From positions 1 through 64,000 of the forward strand of contig JABCTC010000001.1 in NCBI GenBank assembly GCA_018238545.1: DNA of 64,000 nt. The letters are read 5' to 3'. The notes under the pieces are model-generated. The model did no database searches. It worked only from the letters and a program-made list of their open reading frames with translations, and was not told the origin of the DNA. Position numbers and translations under genes: made by a program. How positions within the stretch are numbered: the first letter of the stretch is position 1; each line of letters opens with the position of its first letter. Of this stretch, positions 9,819 through 19,778 are shown piece by piece. The stretch comes from Candidatus Heimdallarchaeota archaeon. Its GTDB lineage: Archaea; Asgardarchaeota; Heimdallarchaeia; Heimdallarchaeales; Heimdallarchaeaceae.

Positions 9819-10691
9819 ATGAATTCTGAAACTAGTTTCTGCCTTAGAGTAGATGTCGACACTTTTGAAGGATTAACGAAAGGTATTCCAAAAGTTCTCG
9901 AAATTTCCAAAAAACATGAAATTCCCATTTCAATATATCTTAGTCTTGGGAAATATGAAACGGGTAGAAACTTATTCAGAAAAATACAAAAAAAAGAAAA
10001 GATAATGAATAAGATTCCACCATGGAAAAGAAACAGCCTCAAAAGTTTGTTGAGAGGGATTATACTTCCTGCAAAAAATATTGGGGACAAAGAGAAGAAA
10101 TTTCTACAAAGCATAGACAAAGATTCTAATGTTGAAATCCACCCACATGGTTACAATCATGTGCGTTGGTCATCAAAATTCCCAAATCTTTCAAAGGACA
10201 AAACCAGTGAAATAATTTCAAACCTTATTAATGAATACACAAGTATTTTTCAGAAGAAACCAATAGCAAATGCGGCGCCCAATTTCAGTGTAAACAAACA
10301 CTATTTTCAAGCTTTAGTTGATAAAAAATTCAAATTTTCAGCAGATTTCAGATACTCTGAACCATTTGTACTTCAGTTAGAAGAGAAAAAATCTCAACTT
10401 ACTCAGTTCCCAGTAACTGAATCGACAATTGAAGATCATATAACAAAAGGCAAATCTACAGATCAGATAGTTTCAGAATACAAAAAAAGATTCGGCAATC
10501 ATGTTGAAAATGGAGCAGAATATGTTTGTTTTTATGTTCATGCCATATACGAACCATTAAGACTAGAAAAAACAATGAACAAAATTCTTTCTTATGTAAA
10601 TAAATATGATTTCAATGCCACTACCCATTCCAAATTCCATCAAAAATGCTCAAAACTACCAATAATTAACATTCAAACTTTACTAGATTAG
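9819..10691 (+). CDS. Polysaccharide deacetylase, ArnD-like deformylase
   Basis: LRVDVDTFEG start, typical of ArnD-like proteins; HPHGYNH metal-binding motif. Confidence 0.7.
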   Translation: MNSETSFCLRVDVDTFEGLTKGIPKVLEISKKHEIPISIYLSLGKYETGRNLFRKIQKKEKIMNKIPPWKRNSLKSLLRGIILPAKNIGDKEKKFLQSIDKDSNVEIHPHGYNHVRWSSKFPNLSKDKTSEIISNLINEYTSIFQKKPIANAAPNFSVNKHYFQALVDKKFKFSADFRYSEPFVLQLEEKKSQLTQFPVTESTIEDHITKGKSTDQIVSEYKKRFGNHVENGAEYVCFYVHAIYEPLRLEKTMNKILSYVNKYDFNATTHSKFHQKCSKLPIINIQTLLD

Positions 10692-11849
10692 GTGAAAAAA
10701 ATGGATGAGAAAAAAGTTTGCTACCTCACTCAAGAATACAAGAAGGGAGCAACTTGGATATATTGTTTAAACCTAGCAAACAGCTTAGAAAAGATGGGTA
10801 GATGGAAACCCTATATTATTGCAGCAAATAGAGATAAATCGGAATCCGATGTTTATGAAGGCGTTTCTAACTTAATTCTGACCCAAACCACTAATTCCAA
10901 ATTTTTCTATTCGCGTAAGTTTTGGAAGAATTCTAGATATGAAGTAAATAAAATCAAGCCCACTTTAGTTCATGGAAATATGAACCTACTTTCTTCCTTA
11001 GGTATTAGAAATACGCTTCCTGTTATTGAAACAGTCCATACAACATTCAATAGAGAAAAAGAGGGAGCTAAGGCGGAACCCAATCGATCTTTAAGTTGGG
11101 TGGAAAAGCGAGTTCAGTATTTCTTTCCTTGGTTAAAAAAAATAGAGAAGAAGCTGCTTCACAGAGCCAAGCACCTTATAGCAGTCAGTGACACAATAAA
11201 AGAGGACTTAATAAGACATTATTCCTTAAAAGAAGAAAAAATAACTATTGTTCCAAACGGTGTTAATTCGGAGATACATAGAAGAGTAAGTAACTATGTT
11301 TACGAAAAGAAGGAGGATGAGTTCGTTCTTGGATTTCTAGCAAGGATGACAGCTTCTAAAGGAGCTAGAATGTTGTTGCCAATTTTGAACTTGGTCAAAA
11401 AAGAGATTCCTGGAATTAAACTACTTCTAGCAGGTGATGATCTAAATACCAAACAAGAGATGATGAAGCAAATGAACAAATATCAACTGCAAAACAATGT
11501 AATAAATTTAGGCTACATCTCCGATCTTGAAAGAAAAAATTCGTTTTTTAGCTCATTAGACTTATTTTTACTACCTTCAAGCCATGAAGGGATGAGTCTT
11601 ACTATTCTTGAAGCACTGTCTTGTCAAACACCCATTCTTGCTTCAGAAGGAGCAATTACTTTTGATCATAAAGATAGTATTATTGTTACACCAAGATCTA
11701 TTGGTGATTTTGCTGCAAAAATAGTAGAATTATACGAAGATAAAGAGAAACTTGAGAAGAAAAGAATTATTTCCAGAAATGTTGCAGAAACCTACACGTG
11801 GGAGAATACAGCGAAGCTAACTCAATCAGTCTATGAAGAAATTATTTGA
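10692..11849 (+). CDS. Glycosyltransferase family 4
   Basis: VPNGV; LPSSHEGMSLTILEALS. Confidence 0.88.
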   Translation: MKKMDEKKVCYLTQEYKKGATWIYCLNLANSLEKMGRWKPYIIAANRDKSESDVYEGVSNLILTQTTNSKFFYSRKFWKNSRYEVNKIKPTLVHGNMNLLSSLGIRNTLPVIETVHTTFNREKEGAKAEPNRSLSWVEKRVQYFFPWLKKIEKKLLHRAKHLIAVSDTIKEDLIRHYSLKEEKITIVPNGVNSEIHRRVSNYVYEKKEDEFVLGFLARMTASKGARMLLPILNLVKKEIPGIKLLLAGDDLNTKQEMMKQMNKYQLQNNVINLGYISDLERKNSFFSSLDLFLLPSSHEGMSLTILEALSCQTPILASEGAITFDHKDSIIVTPRSIGDFAAKIVELYEDKEKLEKKRIISRNVAETYTWENTAKLTQSVYEEII

Positions 11850-11858
11850 AGAATAAGG

Positions 11859-12983
11859 TTATTCTTTGTTATTATTTGATTCAACATGTTCATGTGACAT
11901 ATTAGAAACAGTAACAGCATCACCTATTGAATCAGAGTTGGAATCTGAAGGTTCATTTATTGAATTGTCAGATGTTTTTGATTTTTTCTTCTTCTCAAAG
12001 ATAGGAAGAATAAACAACCAAAAAATAGGAACCCAAATCATCAAAAAAACATATCCAAGATAGTTATGAATAGGTCCAGCAACGGCCCATCCATTATAAT
12101 AATTAATAACAAAAATAATTGTCACACGTAAAATATTTACCAAATATGTTCCAATCATCCCAACAAGAAGTATGCTAATCACGCGCAGGAAATTGAGTGA
12201 AAAAGTACCTATGAAAATTAGAAGAGTTTTTGAACCTTGTTTATCAAAAATACCCTTTATACCATTCGCGCGTATTGAATCTTTTAAGTCAGAAGTAGTT
12301 TTATATTTGCTCCATCTCAATCGTTTTCTAGCTTCAAATAACATAAGCAAAAATATTGTAACAAAGATTGTGAGTGAATGTATTCCACTACACCTTGCAT
12401 CAATACCAATAGAAGAAAGGTCATTTGGTCCCTCGAATTGCACAATGGTTATTACATCTTCAGCACTCCAAGTTGTGCTAACAATATTCATGCCAAACAG
12501 TTTTACAAGGGCAACAATAATCACTGCTGTCGCCTGTGTTAACCATTTAGCTATAGCATTCTGAAAAAGGTACTCATCAACTCCTGAAAAAATCAGAATG
12601 TAGAATATCCCTGTTAATAAAATCATATAGAGTCCAGGAGAGCGAAATCTACTGAAAAATTTATCATTCCAAGAGACATAAAGAATAGCAATAAACGCTA
12701 ATACTAAAGCTATTGGGACTAATAAATAGGAAGCCATATCAAAGAAAAATACTCTGACAATTTCTTCTACTCTGTTTCCTTCAAAGATAATATAGAAATA
12801 TACAACAATTGCAATAAGGATAAAGGACACAGTGTATCGGAGAATACGATTTTTGATTATGGGTTCAATTGAAGAGTAAACTTGTTGAAATCTCCTACGA
12901 AAATCGCCTTCAGCTCGTTTATCAGGATCAGAAACCAGAACGAGCTTTTCGTTGTTTTCAGAAGTTTTATTCTCTTTCTCCAA
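11859..12983 (-). CDS. Exosortase/archaeosortase-family membrane transpeptidase
   Basis: Multi-TM; catalytic triad pattern IDARCSG (Cys), NILRV (Arg), HNYLG (His). Confidence 0.85.
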   Translation of the reverse strand: MEKENKTSENNEKLVLVSDPDKRAEGDFRRRFQQVYSSIEPIIKNRILRYTVSFILIAIVVYFYIIFEGNRVEEIVRVFFFDMASYLLVPIALVLAFIAILYVSWNDKFFSRFRSPGLYMILLTGIFYILIFSGVDEYLFQNAIAKWLTQATAVIIVALVKLFGMNIVSTTWSAEDVITIVQFEGPNDLSSIGIDARCSGIHSLTIFVTIFLLMLFEARKRLRWSKYKTTSDLKDSIRANGIKGIFDKQGSKTLLIFIGTFSLNFLRVISILLVGMIGTYLVNILRVTIIFVINYYNGWAVAGPIHNYLGYVFLMIWVPIFWLFILPIFEKKKKSKTSDNSINEPSDSNSDSIGDAVTVSNMSHEHVESNNNKE

Positions 12984-13145
12984 GTTTACACCTTTATATT
13001 GTGAGATTTCTTATCTCTATTTTATAGTTATGCAAATACAATTGAGCGAAGTAGCAGAAAGTAGGTAATTGTTTATCTGTTAAATTATCTGTTAAGTTTA
13101 ACTATTGTTCAATAAATGAAAAATAAAGAAAGGGGAGGAGATAGA

Positions 13146-13376
13146 TTAGTCATCTTCAAAAATAACGTTATTGTATGAATATTCCATATTTGGAAAGCGA
13201 AAATCAGTTGATTGTTTCACTGCATAGTGCTCTCTATAAAAATCACGTAATGCTAGTCTAATTGCCTCTGATCTTGATGCATATCTCCCCTGCAGAACCA
13301 TTTCATCAAGTATTTCTACGAACTCGCTCGGAAGTCTGATTGATATTAAATTCATGTGATAACCCCTAGTTTTCAA
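13146..13376 (-). CDS. Ribbon-helix-helix (CopG/CdrS-like) DNA-binding protein
   Basis: ISIRLP...LDEMV..GRYASRSEAIRLALR. Confidence 0.85.
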   Translation of the reverse strand: MKTRGYHMNLISIRLPSEFVEILDEMVLQGRYASRSEAIRLALRDFYREHYAVKQSTDFRFPNMEYSYNNVIFEDD

Positions 13377-13569
13377 ATCCTCAAATCTGAATCATTTTCT
13401 ATTATGAGCTTTGTCCAATTTATACATTTGTAACACAGCATCATACTAGATGACTTAGTGATGTACCCTCACTCACATACCTTATTTAAGCTTTATGCCG
13501 GATGTTTAGGGTATGATAATATGGATGAAGTTTATGTATTTTTATCTAGATGTTTTTGTTTAAACAATT

Positions 13570-14139
13570 CTAAATTTCTATTTTCTTTTTGCATTTTTCA
13601 CACTTTAAAGTACTACCGACCGGTAAAGGCTTGTTTGTTTTTTGGATAACATTTCCACAGTAACAAACATAACCTCTAAACTTCGCAGGATTTCCAAAAA
13701 CTAGCGTGAAGGGATCAGTACTTTTGGTTACCACGCTACCTGCACCAATCATCGAATATTCTCCAATTGTTATTCCACAAATAATCGTAGCATTAGCTCC
13801 GAGTGATGCTCCTTTCTTCACTAAAGTTTCAACTAATTCCCAATCAGGATAATTAGCTCTAGGTAGATAATCATTAGTAAAGCAAACATGGGGACCCACA
13901 AAAACATCATCTTGTATAATTACTCCGTGGTAAACTGAAACTAAGTTCTGTATTTTTACATTGTCACCAATTGAGACATCGAAGTCAATGAAGGAAGATT
14001 TACCTAAAATGCAGTTTTTTCCAAGTTTAGCCCCAGTTCGAACTTGCCCGAAGTGCCATATTTTTGTTCCTTCACCAATTGTTACATTGTCTTCTACAAA
14101 TGCTGTTGGATGGACAAAATAGTTCTTATCATCACTCAT
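13570..14139 (-). CDS. Hexapeptide-repeat sugar N-acetyltransferase (WbpD/WlbB-like)
   Basis: VHPTAFV, TKIWHF, VKIQNLVSVY, GANATI, GNPA and C-terminal CxCG; start moved to the ATG at 14139. Confidence 0.88.
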   Translation of the reverse strand: MSDDKNYFVHPTAFVEDNVTIGEGTKIWHFGQVRTGAKLGKNCILGKSSFIDFDVSIGDNVKIQNLVSVYHGVIIQDDVFVGPHVCFTNDYLPRANYPDWELVETLVKKGASLGANATIICGITIGEYSMIGAGSVVTKSTDPFTLVFGNPAKFRGYVCYCGNVIQKTNKPLPVGSTLKCEKCKKKIEI

Positions 14140-14193
14140 GAATCCAATAAAATGCAAGAGCATAAAAAAGTTTACTTGACTATTGTTTAAGAT

Positions 14194-15258
14194 TCAAATA
14201 CCTTTAAACTTATGATTGATTAATACAAATGGTCTTCTAATCATGCTTTTTACAACTCTCCAGAATATTTTTCGATCAATTAATCCTGATTGTAATGTCG
14301 GGTATTTACCTTGTTGAATTACAATAAATCCTGCTGCTACATCAGAGAAGAATTGCGCATGTTCTCTTTTTTTCTTATATCGTTTTGCTGCTTTTTTCTG
14401 ATAATTTAAACCAAAGCGCCTAGCTACAAAAGAATACCAAGGAGCCTGTTTAAAGCGAAAATTAGGTAGGTCTTCAATTTTCTCATGTTTTAATAGACTA
14501 ATTTTTTTCTTCTTAGCCAGCCTCAAAACTGGAACTCTACGCGGATTAATTCCCATAATTTTTGTTGCAACAACATCTGTTACAATTGGATCATCTCCAA
14601 AGAGTAGAAGGTTTGTTTTTCTTACATCTCCATCAGAAGGACCAGCTCCTTCCATTGAACATATCCCATCAACAACCGAAATATCAGGGGGAAATAAACC
14701 AATTAAATCAAGAAGGACTTCACTAAGAACTGGATGATATCGCTTCTTGTATCTTCTAGATATCAAACCAAATTGGTTTTTCAGAATGCAGGTTATTCTT
14801 GTCTGTGTATGTGTTTTGAGTTTTGCCACATTGATGAATTTGGTCATTTTGAGCAGAGTTTCTCCTACTGCTAATTCTGAAAAGTAGTATCCGTCAACTT
14901 CTATTTGCTTTTGATTATCAGTTGTTAAATTAACTAGACTTACATTTTCATATTTGTCTGTAAGGTAACTATAGTTCATTCTTTGGAATTCCTCATCTGC
15001 TGTAGCAAGAGCATGATCGCTTTCGACAATAGCAATTTGACAAGAAGATTGCTTTCGAATATAAACAATAATTGCCTCAATTATTCTTGGATCAGTAGTT
15101 CCACCTTGTTCAGGGGGTCTAAAGTCACATAAATTAGGTTTTATAGCTACAAAATCGTTATCTACAAACATAATTGATAAAGCATCAAAAGATTGACTAA
15201 CTTTCTTATTGACTTCCTTAGGACTATTTACATTAGACACAATAACTCGGGGAAGCAT
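14194..15258 (-). CDS. DUF362-domain protein
   Basis: IKPN, TTDP, KLKTH, LKNQFG and EGAGPSDG motifs. Confidence 0.85.
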   Translation of the reverse strand: MLPRVIVSNVNSPKEVNKKVSQSFDALSIMFVDNDFVAIKPNLCDFRPPEQGGTTDPRIIEAIIVYIRKQSSCQIAIVESDHALATADEEFQRMNYSYLTDKYENVSLVNLTTDNQKQIEVDGYYFSELAVGETLLKMTKFINVAKLKTHTQTRITCILKNQFGLISRRYKKRYHPVLSEVLLDLIGLFPPDISVVDGICSMEGAGPSDGDVRKTNLLLFGDDPIVTDVVATKIMGINPRRVPVLRLAKKKKISLLKHEKIEDLPNFRFKQAPWYSFVARRFGLNYQKKAAKRYKKKREHAQFFSDVAAGFIVIQQGKYPTLQSGLIDRKIFWRVVKSMIRRPFVLINHKFKGI

Positions 15259-15259
15259 G

Positions 15260-16261
15260 TTAATCCTCCAACATAATGATTTTGTTTTTACTTGTTTCTT
15301 TGTATGCTATTTCAACAATTTTAGTATTTTGGATAATTTCTTGTTGTGTTACTATTGGGGGTTTATCCTCAGTAATAATTCTGTAAAAATGAAGTAACTC
15401 ATCTTGAAAAGGTGAGATAGTATGGTTAGGCTTAATTAGAATAGGTTGTTGAGCTAAGAAGTTTTTAGCATGGTATTGCATTTTCTTTGAATCTGATAAT
15501 GCACGCAAATACCCTTCTGTTCCAAAAACAGTAAATGAATTCACAGTAATGGTGTTCCAACCTATATTTAATGAAACAGAAACATCGTTTTCAAATATTA
15601 TATGCAAATTTGCAGTATCGTCGACAGGAGATTTCTTCTTCTTTTTAGATATTGCCGCAGTCATAGATATTGCCTTACCAAAATACCAGGTTGCTAAATC
15701 TACAAAATGCATCATCTCAAATAGTGCTCCTCCACCTTTCTGATTATCTATTTGAAACTTGGAAACACTTGGCCATTCAAATGCATTAGCAAAGTGCAAT
15801 CCTTGCCCCCCTATGAGTTCACCAAACATTTTCTTTTTTATGAGTTCTTTAATCTTTGAATACTTTCCATCAAAACGCATTTGATAACCTGGAAGAATAT
15901 GAACATTGTTTTTCTTGCATATATCAATAATTTCTACAGCCTCATTAACATTCATTGACAATGGTTTCTCGCAGAAAATTGCCTTTTTTGCCTCTGCTGC
16001 CAGAATTATTTGATCTTTATGAAGTGTAGGCGGTGTAAGAACCATTACGCCATCGAGTTGATCATCATTCAAAACTTTCTCAAATTTCGTTTCTATCTTA
16101 GAACTCATCCTAAAACGTTTTTTGATTGATTCTGCTCTATCCTTACTTAAATCCACAAGATATTTTACATTGTATTCTGGCATTCTTTGTAAAACAGGTA
16201 AATGATAATATTCTGCAACAGCACCACAACCAACTATGGCTACATCAAGTTTTTTCTTCAT
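15260..16261 (-). CDS. Gfo/Idh/MocA oxidoreductase (WbpB-like)
   Basis: VGCGAVA, FCEKP, GGGALFEMMH; adjacent to the WbpD-like acetyltransferase. Confidence 0.88.
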   Translation of the reverse strand: MKKKLDVAIVGCGAVAEYYHLPVLQRMPEYNVKYLVDLSKDRAESIKKRFRMSSKIETKFEKVLNDDQLDGVMVLTPPTLHKDQIILAAEAKKAIFCEKPLSMNVNEAVEIIDICKKNNVHILPGYQMRFDGKYSKIKELIKKKMFGELIGGQGLHFANAFEWPSVSKFQIDNQKGGGALFEMMHFVDLATWYFGKAISMTAAISKKKKKSPVDDTANLHIIFENDVSVSLNIGWNTITVNSFTVFGTEGYLRALSDSKKMQYHAKNFLAQQPILIKPNHTISPFQDELLHFYRIITEDKPPIVTQQEIIQNTKIVEIAYKETSKNKIIMLED

Positions 16262-16332
16262 TATACTATAATTTCATAATGATGCTTTAAAGATTATCAA
16301 TAGAAATGAAAAGAAAGAAAGGAGTAAATAAA

Positions 16333-17055
16333 TCATATAATGAAGTAGAAAATCATTGAAGCTACAAAGGCTAAACCAGTTACAAAGAGACTAATCATCA
16401 AAGGAGCTTTGTGTTCTGAACTCATACCTACAGCTGCAATTATCATCGCATACAGACTTGTTATTGGGACAATTATATTACTCGCCAGAGTGTAATCACC
16501 TGAGAACACATTGAAGATTTGGATGATATCGTAACTTACGTTAACTGTATTATTTTGTAATAAGTAAGATCCCATTAGAGGGAATCCATATGGATAGATG
16601 ATAGACCGGGTTTGAGTACTAGCAACTATTGTAAGGATGATTAAGCCTAGAACAATTGGTGTTTGAGTAATTGAATAAATGGAGAGAGATTTCAGGAATT
16701 TCCCCTTCCCCCCTAAGAATATCATCAAACCATGAATGATTACTGACCACAATAGTATTTGAGGGATGACACCAATCAAAATACCAAAATAGGTACTTTC
16801 CTTAAAGAGCGCCATTAAATTTTCATCTGCAGGAATTAATTGCATTTTATTGACCAAAATAGTGAAATTAACTAAATTGAATGCGAGAATAAGAGCCAAA
16901 ATAATTATTGGTGTTGCAATCATGTATGCTTTGGACATATTTGTAAAACTTTGCTTATCTAGTAAATGATGACCAAGAAGACGTTGAAAAGGGTTGTATC
17001 TGAACAAATCTTCTTGTTCTTCAGGCTCAGTTGTTTTCTTTTTCATTGATTTCAA
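16333..17055 (-). CDS. Yip1-domain membrane protein
   Basis: About 5 TM helices; IIHGLMIFLGGKGKF..L....SQTP pattern typical of Yip1 domains. Confidence 0.65.
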   Translation of the reverse strand: MKSMKKKTTEPEEQEDLFRYNPFQRLLGHHLLDKQSFTNMSKAYMIATPIIILALILAFNLVNFTILVNKMQLIPADENLMALFKESTYFGILIGVIPQILLWSVIIHGLMIFLGGKGKFLKSLSIYSITQTPIVLGLIILTIVASTQTRSIIYPYGFPLMGSYLLQNNTVNVSYDIIQIFNVFSGDYTLASNIIVPITSLYAMIIAAVGMSSEHKAPLMISLFVTGLAFVASMIFYFII

Positions 17056-17113
17056 ATATTATCACTTGCTCCATCTTTTAAAACATTTTTTTAAGCCAAA
17101 AAATTTGTATTAA

Positions 17114-17878
17114 TTAATTATCATTGTTTTCTGAACAAATTATACAGTTATCATCTCTTTGAATGCTGTAAACCTCAAAATTATTGCTTTTTAACTCAAT
17201 ATAGAGGATTTTGTTAGTCAGTAGTTTTTCTGGATCTTCAAACACAATATATTTGATAGCTTCATTTGCCTCAATTATTCCAAATAATCCTGCAACTGTG
17301 CCAATAATACCTTCTTTATCTGTTGTTGGGTAACTTCCCTTTTCAGGTAATTCTTTGAATATACAGCGATAACATGCTGACTTTCTAGGAAGAACTGTCA
17401 TCAGTTGTCCTTCAAATTGCAAAACACCACCTATAACAAAGGGTATTCCCAATTTTATACAACAATCATTTACTAGAAATTTAGTTTCAAAATTGTCGCT
17501 AGCTTCAATAACAAAATCATAACCAGATAGTATTCCTTCCACATTTTCTTGAGTCAATGTTTCTTTATAAGGTATGATTTTGATATCCGTATTCAACTTT
17601 TGTATTTTTTCACTAGCAGAATCTGTTTTTGGTTGATTCAAATTTTCTTCATTGTGTAAGATTTGTCTATTAAGATTTGATAATTCAACATTGTCTTTAT
17701 CAATAATTCCTATCGTACCAATCCCAGCACTTGCAAGATAATAAAGTACACTTGAACCCAAACCTCCTAACCCTACAACAAGAACTTTGCTTGATTTAAG
17801 TTTGTGTTGACCTTCAGAACCAAAACCAGGAATAATGAGCTGGCGATTATATTTTTCCTTTTCTTTATCATTTAACAA
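17114..17878 (-). CDS. moeB: ThiF/MoeB/HesA E1-like adenylyltransferase
   Basis: YNRQ, GLGGLG, DNVELSNLNRQ, CYRC and CIIC motifs. Confidence 0.85.
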   Translation of the reverse strand: MLNDKEKEKYNRQLIIPGFGSEGQHKLKSSKVLVVGLGGLGSSVLYYLASAGIGTIGIIDKDNVELSNLNRQILHNEENLNQPKTDSASEKIQKLNTDIKIIPYKETLTQENVEGILSGYDFVIEASDNFETKFLVNDCCIKLGIPFVIGGVLQFEGQLMTVLPRKSACYRCIFKELPEKGSYPTTDKEGIIGTVAGLFGIIEANEAIKYIVFEDPEKLLTNKILYIELKSNNFEVYSIQRDDNCIICSENNDN

Positions 17879-17894
17879 TCTATTAACACCTTAC

Positions 17895-19730
17895 TCATGA
17901 CTTGTAGTCTCTTTGGAATATTTCTTCAATATATTTCTGATTTAGAATAACCATCGTTGGGCGCCCATGGGGACAAGTATAAGGTTCCTCCAAATTCAAA
18001 AGGTTCTCAATCAATGATTCAGCTTCACTAACTGAGATTTTATCACCAGCTTTAATGGATCTTCTGCAAGCAAAGATAGAAACTATGTCTTTTATGAAGT
18101 CTAAATCTTCAGGCTTTATTTGTTTGCTAATCTGGTCTATATTTTCTTTAAATATATCGATTAAATCTTTTGCCAACTCATATGAAATAGCAATGCCCAT
18201 TATAGAAGGTATTGAACGTATTAGAATCTCATTTTTACCAAAGATTTCCAATTCAAAACCATATTCTTTCAAGTTGGTTTTAAGACCATTTATAACCTCT
18301 AACTCCGAAGGTTTTATGCTAACAGAAACTGGAGCGAGTAAGCTTTGAACAGTAATTTTTTTCCTTTTAATTTGATTTACATATTTAGAATAATTAATTT
18401 TCTCATGCGCAGCATGTTGATCACACAAAAGAAGACCTTCATTCGTCTCAGCTATAATATAAGTATCCTTGATTATCCCTAGTATCTTAATTAGTATTTT
18501 TTGTGATTGTTCATGTTTTTGGTATGAAATTCCCCTTTGAGTAGAAGGTAAGAAATGATCTATTGATTTATCTCTTGTTTTCACTACCTTATATCCTAGT
18601 TTATCTTTTGCTAAAGAAGGAGCAGGTGATGACCGGATTTGGGTAGGTTGTTTTGAAACAACATTGGGTGTTGTTGGATGTTGATCTAGCTTTGTGGGTT
18701 TGTATTTTGGTTCTGACACCCGTTCAAATATCTCTAATCCACTCTTTTCTAGAGATTCTTTTACTGCGAGTTCAACTAGGGCAAATAACTTTGCTTCTTT
18801 ACTAAAACGAACTTCTCTTTTTGTTGGGTGAACATTGACATCAATTTCGTCCTTTGGAATCGTGATATTTAGAAAGACTATGGGTGTCCTATTATGTGGT
18901 AGGGCTGTACCGTATCCACGAAGTATCGCATCTGCGATTATTTTATTTACGACAGGTCGGTTTAAAACGAAGATATAAAGATAATCTCTTGATTTTCTAG
19001 AGAACTCTGGTTTAGTTATAAAACCTGTAACAGTGTATCCATCTTCTGTTTTAGAAACTGGAATACATGCTTTTGATATGTTTTTTCCAAAAATGGAGTT
19101 TATTTGAGAGATAAGATTTCCTTTAGGGGCAGTAATTACACTGCGGTCATTATGAACTAGAGAAAATGATATTTTTGGAAAAGCTAACGCTAGCTTTGTG
19201 ATGAATTCCGTAATATGGTTCATTTCAGTTGTTTCAGATTTTAGAAATTTCCTTCTTACAGGTACATTGTAAAATAAATTCCTTACCGTAATTTTGGTCC
19301 CGTTTGCTACTGAGATATTTTTATCTAAAAGGATTTTACCTCCTTCAACCTGAATATGCGTTCCTAACTCGTCATTTTCCCTTTTGGTAAAAATTTCAAC
19401 TTGGGCAACACTCACTATACTGGCTAAGGCTTCACCTCTAAAACCTAAACTTGCAATTGAAAACAAATCTTCAGCTGTAGCAATCTTACTAGTTGTATGG
19501 CGCTTGATAGATAACAAAGCGTCATCATGATTCATTCCAGATCCATTATCTGTGATTTCGATGAGTTTCTTCCCCCCTTCTTGAAGGACAACTTTGATTT
19601 GAGTACTTCCAGCATCAATTGAATTTTCTACAAGTTCTTTAACAACGGAAGCAGGTCGCCCTATAACCTCGCCTGCTGCTATTTTGCTTATTGTGAGAGT
19701 ATCAAGTTCAATAATCATTTTTTCAAACAA
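17895..19730 (-). CDS. mutL: DNA mismatch repair endonuclease MutL
   Basis: IAAGEVI, ELVENSIDAG, GFRGEAL, DVNVHPTK, DQHAAHEK, ACR and CPHGRP motifs. Confidence 0.97.
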   Translation of the reverse strand: MFEKMIIELDTLTISKIAAGEVIGRPASVVKELVENSIDAGSTQIKVVLQEGGKKLIEITDNGSGMNHDDALLSIKRHTTSKIATAEDLFSIASLGFRGEALASIVSVAQVEIFTKRENDELGTHIQVEGGKILLDKNISVANGTKITVRNLFYNVPVRRKFLKSETTEMNHITEFITKLALAFPKISFSLVHNDRSVITAPKGNLISQINSIFGKNISKACIPVSKTEDGYTVTGFITKPEFSRKSRDYLYIFVLNRPVVNKIIADAILRGYGTALPHNRTPIVFLNITIPKDEIDVNVHPTKREVRFSKEAKLFALVELAVKESLEKSGLEIFERVSEPKYKPTKLDQHPTTPNVVSKQPTQIRSSPAPSLAKDKLGYKVVKTRDKSIDHFLPSTQRGISYQKHEQSQKILIKILGIIKDTYIIAETNEGLLLCDQHAAHEKINYSKYVNQIKRKKITVQSLLAPVSVSIKPSELEVINGLKTNLKEYGFELEIFGKNEILIRSIPSIMGIAISYELAKDLIDIFKENIDQISKQIKPEDLDFIKDIVSIFACRRSIKAGDKISVSEAESLIENLLNLEEPYTCPHGRPTMVILNQKYIEEIFQRDYKS

Positions 19731-19778
19731 CCAAAATTTTCTTCTTTCTTCTTTGTAAATTAGCTATTTACATCTACG

